The notes beneath the pieces were generated by a model. The model had not been told where the DNA came from and made no database searches. It saw only the letters and a program-made list of their open reading frames with translations. Positions 59,065 to 64,000 of a stretch of DNA of 64,000 bases are shown in pieces (position 1 is the first letter of the stretch; each line of letters begins with the position of its first letter). The position numbers were made by a program, and so were the translations under genes. The DNA is taken from NCBI GenBank assembly GCA_907165135.1, contig OU015566.1, positions 992,001 through 1,056,000 on the forward strand, given 5' to 3'. The stretch comes from Oikopleura dioica (Eukaryota > Animalia > Chordata).

Positions 59065-60641
59065 ATGATAAGTTTGCTTTTGTTTGCTGTTGTTGCTGTA
59101 CTTGGGCGGCTGTCTCCGCCGATCCGTTCAATGACAAGGTATTTATTTGGCTGAATTCGTTCCCAATTACCGTTGAAATAAGGATCATTTGGATTTTCAC
59201 GGCGAATTTGATCCAGATTTCTCAAAATTTTCTCACGATTTGCCGGAATTAAAAATCGAAACAACAACGGAGCATGATCATGGCCATTCTCATGATCACG
59301 AAACAACGACGGAACATGATGACCACGGTCACTCGCACGATCATGAAGATGATGATGAAGAATGGAGCAATGCACAAGCCTGGGGCTACGCGACGCTAGC
59401 CAATACTGTTTGTGTTTTGCTCTCCCTCGCTGGTGTTGGAATTATTCTGTGCAACAAAAGAGCAAGTCCTAAGATGATGACGTATATTTATGATTTTTTC
59501 ATCGGTATGTCTTTCATTTTTCTTTCTCAAGAAAATTTTGTTCAAAGCTCTTGGTGTATCAACAATGCTTGGCGACGCCTTCTTGCACATTCTCCCTGCT
59601 GTCCTTGGTCTTCACAGTCACGATGACGGAGAAGCCCATGCGGAGGAGGATCATGGTCATGAACATCGACACACGGTCACAACTGCCTCGCCAGATGAGC
59701 ACGGTCATTCTCATGAGGAACCGGAAGATGCCGAGCCGGATCTATACATGGAAGCGATTAAAAACTCGCCGTCGTCGTTGGCATCATCTACTTTTTCTGG
59801 ATCTTCGAACAGACGATGTCGATCATGGGACACGGCCACAGTCATGGCGGCGCCCAGGTCGCGCATGCCGATGAAGAAATGGCGACGAGAAAGACAATCG
59901 TCGAAGAAACGAGTGCGAAGGCAGAAGAAGCGAAGCAAGGCCAAGTTGAGCCGGTTCAAGAAGATGATGAGGATGGAGAAGAAAATGAAAACAAGGAAGA
60001 AGAGCCAAAGAAACAAACAAGTGCTATTATGGGAATTTTGGTTGGCGACTGCATTCACAATTTTGTTGATGGACTTGCGCTAGGAACAACTTGGGCTCAA
60101 GGTAAAAAATAATCGAGAATCTTGGTCCAAATAATTTTAGGCTGGGAAACTGGTTTGGCAACAACAATCGCTCTTTTCCTCCACGAGTTGCCCCATGAAC
60201 TGTCCGACTTTACGATCTACATTCGATTCGGGCTAACGAATGCAATGGCGCTTGGGGCAAATCTTTTCTCTGCTCTCTGGAGTTATGGCGGCCTCTACAC
60301 GGGCCTTGCTCTTTCTTGTAAGGGTTGAATGCCAGAAAAGATTTTGATTAATTTTTAGCAAATACTGACGCTTCTGAGTGGCTTCTTGCGATGGTGGCTG
60401 GCCTTTTTGTCTACATTGTCCTTGTTGATATCGTAAGAGAAGCTGAAAATGACTCCTTTCATCGCATTTCTAGATTCCTGAGTTGAAGCTCAAGGGTCAC
60501 TTTGAAAACAAATGGACACGATTTGCGATTCAAAATGTCGGCATGACAATCGGCTTCATCATTCTAGCGATGTTGGGCGTTTTCGAAGGACGGAGTCATT
60601 CTCACGAAGAGGATGATCATGGCCATAGCCACGACCATTGA
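59065..60641 (+). CDS. ZIP zinc transporter, LIV-1 subfamily (SLC39); 5' end approximate; apparent 1-nt frameshift near 59760
   Basis: His-rich ectodomain and loops; AWGYATLANTVCVLLSLAG; GDAFLHILP; GDCIHNFVDGLALG; FLHELPHELSDF (HEXPHE signature); His-rich tail ending TGA 60639-60641. Confidence 0.9.
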
Positions 60642-60720
60642 AAAATATTTCATTAAATTGCGCTCATGAAATGACAAAATAAAATGAAAGTTTCATAATT
60701 AGGTTTTTGACTCAAAAAAT

Positions 60721-62240
60721 TTAGTTTTCAGTACAATAATTTGGACCAGAATGAAAAACCGCAGGATGGTAAAGTCCGGAGCTATGGACCCCAATAATTT
60801 CAGTTTGCAATACAGTATTTTCATGTATATCAATTCGTTGATTAGCATGCCGATTATCGCCATAACCAGCAAAAACATAAACATGGTCGCCGATGCGGAT
60901 TGAAGTAGAGTGTTGAAGACCCTTTAGATAAATTAGCAATTAAACTTTTTGTCAACTTAACCCGTTGAAGATCACCAATTTTCGACCAGGAAAGAAAGTC
61001 AGCACTAAGAAGCCAAATGCCTGTGTAAATTTGGTTATCAGAACCGTCATCATAATCGTTAGATCCTCCAATGGTAATCAGGCTTCCATTTGGCATATCA
61101 ACAGAGGAATGGGACCACAGTTTTCAAGAAAAAAAAACGAGTGAGTAAAAGCAATTAAAGATATTAACTTACTGTGGATGATTGTCAACAGAAAGCCAAC
61201 CATTAGCAGTCAGTCTTTCAACTTTTTGTTGCCCATCGGGGTGTCTACAACTCACCGCTGTCGGATGACCATTCAAATTTGACAGAGACCCGTAAGAATG
61301 TGAAAATTGAGAGCTGCGAGTCACGACAACATTGTGTCCATCAAATTCATTGCACTGATTATATGGAGACTCGCTGTGAGAGAAGCAAATCAAAGCTATA
61401 ATTATTTTGAATAATATATATTTATATAATGTCGCAAACCCTTATTCCCGTCATTGATCGCCACCGCCGATGAGCCATCATTTGCATCAAAAGTAAGCTG
61501 TGCACTTATTTTTATGAAAGAACAGGCATCAAGAACTCCAATCTGCTAATATTTAAGAGATACTTTTAATAAAGTCCATCACCTTTCGATATCTTCTTTC
61601 GCCCTCATCATATCCTTTCGATCCACCAAAAATGTAAAGCTTATCTTGCATGACCACACTTGCAACCGCTTCTGCGAATCTGTCATAGTCTGAGTGAATT
61701 GTTGCAATCTCATTAAAGAGACCATCACCGGATGTCAAGTAAGCTTGTTGATATTTAAATACCAAAATGTATGTATTTTCCTATAAAAAAAAGTTAGTTT
61801 ATCATAAAATTGATATTTATGAAAAGCAAAGAATTTTTTGGGTATAATGATTATAAATCTATGATTCATATTCTATTGAAAAGACATTCATTACCGGTAA
61901 TGATGAGCTTTCACTTGTTGTTGTGTAGGCTGTTGTAGATGTTGTTATTGTTGTTGTGGTTGAACTGGTGCAAGGCTAAATTATTTCACACAATTTGAAT
62001 TTAAATTTTGTCTACGTTGTCACACAAAGTGTTTGGACAATCGAGACATCCAAGGGGACAGTTTTCTCCGCATGGGCATTCATCCAAACAACCTTAAAAT
62101 CAAAAGTTTTATCTTGACTGTCTAACTTGAACATCGTTGATGGCAAGAGGTCCACAGAAATTTTATTCTTACTATGATATTCTGAAACACATAATGATGA
62201 GATATTCTCTGTCTCGCATATAGCCAAAAACTGACAGTGC
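60721..62240 (-). CDS. Kelch-like beta-propeller protein with a Thr-rich linker; 5' end unresolved
   Basis: KLYIFGG, LITIGG and VYVFAG repeats; ICFS..CNEFDG; H..GSL..NGHPTAV; a STTTITTSTT tract. Short GT-AG introns. Confidence 0.6.
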
Positions 62241-64000
62241 AGTAGGTCAGCTCTACAATAAACCTCGCAGACTGTAGTGGTTTTCCTACTGTTTTCGCTT
62301 CGAAATATGGGATTCTAGCGCGCGTGGTCGACGTAATTATGCTCAGTGAGCCGTGACGCGCCCAACGCCAAGGCTTTCACTCCATCATACCTTGACAGCT
62401 CGCCCCTCTCTATTCCAGCGTTGGCGATATGGCCAACGCCGAGTTCATACGACCAAGTCTAAGTCCGTGCCACCGATGGGTGGTGTCCTACACTATAAAA
62501 ACGACTGTACCTCTATAATTTTATCATTCTTTTCCCTGACTTCACAGGTATAACATAAAATATAATATATATATTTTATTATTTTCTGCTCACACCTATC
62601 AGGGTTAATAAACTTATTCGAGATTGATTCCCGTGTTCCAATTATATTCAGTATAAAACCACCATATATTTTGGTGACTGAATTAATCGGTACGCCCAAC
62701 AAGAGAGATATAAGAGAGATACTAGAGATAAATTACCTGAGAATTTATCAATGACGATCCGCGAATATATACTTATTTATCTTTATTTATTCGATAAAAC
62801 GGGCATTGTTTTGAATCTTTAGGCAATTTTACCCGATTTTCTCGATAAATATGATAAGAAGTTTTACTTCCGGAATATAGTTGATATTTTTCAATATGAT
62901 CCTGATTTTGCTGAAAAGGCTATTCATAAAAACAATCAGGTCCGATCGCAAAACGGACTTTGAACGGAAAACCGGAATCTCATCGCTCTCAAAAACAAAA
63001 TCTAAAAAAAAATCACCTCGACCGGAAATGAAACTGATGATCAAATCCATGAAAGCGACAACTCAAAATTAATGTGTAATTCATGAGAATTACCAATCAA
63101 ATGATCGCTCATCTCAGAAGAAATCATCAAAGTCGTCATTTTTCAAATCCTGAAAGAAGAAAATCAAAGTTCCCTGATTTTAATTATCATTCCGGGAAGA
63201 CTTAAGATTTGAATTTACATAGAAACTCATTCCAAAGAGGTGCCGAAATTCGTGTACGTTTCTGTCATGCAAATGAATGTCGGCACATGGGACAGCTCAA
63301 ACGGGAAAAATTACTGCTCAATCTTCGTAATATTGCTCAGCGTGCTACAGAATGATCTATCCTGAAAAACAAGATATAATCGCCGCTGATGATCAATCAA
63401 TTGTTCAAAGCTCAGAACATTCACAGCTCTGCTCGAAGCTCAAAAAATCGTCTTAATTGCATCAAATGATATGAAAAAAGATATCAAAAATTATGAGACG
63501 AAAAATTAACCAAGAAATGATGAAGAAAAATGACGGATTTCATCACCAGCGCAATACAAATTCGCTCCGATATGCTGCTCATCAATTTTGTTTGCAGTAG
63601 AACAAGCATCCGCTCTGATGTTCCCGCTCTTCTACTTGCACCTTTTATCAAAGACCGTCAAATGTGCCACAAAAGTGCGCAAATTTTTAATTGTGAGGAC
63701 TCTCGACTCACTCATTGAGGCCACACTTCAATCTTCATCACCAAAGTAAAACTGAACCTGCTCGTCGTTCAGAACCTCACATTACCAATAATGTTAACGA
63801 TCCCTGCTCATCAGATGTAATCAGAACGGAAAAATTGACACTCTGGTAGAAATTATTATCTTACGTATTAACGGAAAGATGATCTATGCTCCAAAAAAAA
63901 TGCCTTTCCAAATCTAAGATCTTTAGCTCTTTAAATAGGCAAATTAATAAGAGTTGATTTATAAGTGGATCAGAAAGAAGGCTATCTCAGCTCTAAGAAG

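Overview
AT-rich, gene-dense eukaryotic DNA with many 35-65 nt introns, some apparently GA-AG, and short spacers between genes. By inference this is the larvacean tunicate Oikopleura dioica or a close relative. The supplied ORF track uses bacterial-style alternative starts and cuts across exons, so I rebuilt the genes by splicing by eye. Recognisable genes: an SLC5 sodium:solute symporter, tropomyosin, CFAP20, UTP3/SAS10, an alpha-carbonic anhydrase, PDIA6, a divergent TGF-beta type I-like receptor, ALKBH8, uridine phosphorylase, a LIV-1-type ZIP transporter, a transmembrane GFR-alpha-like protein, two secreted PLA2-fold proteins (one with a roughly 390-aa Q/N/G/P repeat block), a candidate house (oikosin-like) protein, a stand-alone HxxxDG condensation-type acyltransferase, a Kelch-like protein and several orphans. 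The most novel-looking signal is a set of four tiny intron-split secreted-peptide genes that the ORF track misses or catches only in part: a tandem paralog pair at 16.3-17.5 kb, a 6-Cys peptide at 17.6-18.4 kb, and a C-terminal-Gly (amidation-type) precursor at 23.6-24.0 kb. Introns and spacers hold at least six families of miniature inverted-repeat elements, several with clear target-site duplications (8-bp hAT-type, 9-bp Mutator-type, TTAA-type), including nested insertions. All family assignments come from remembered motifs; no database search was run.
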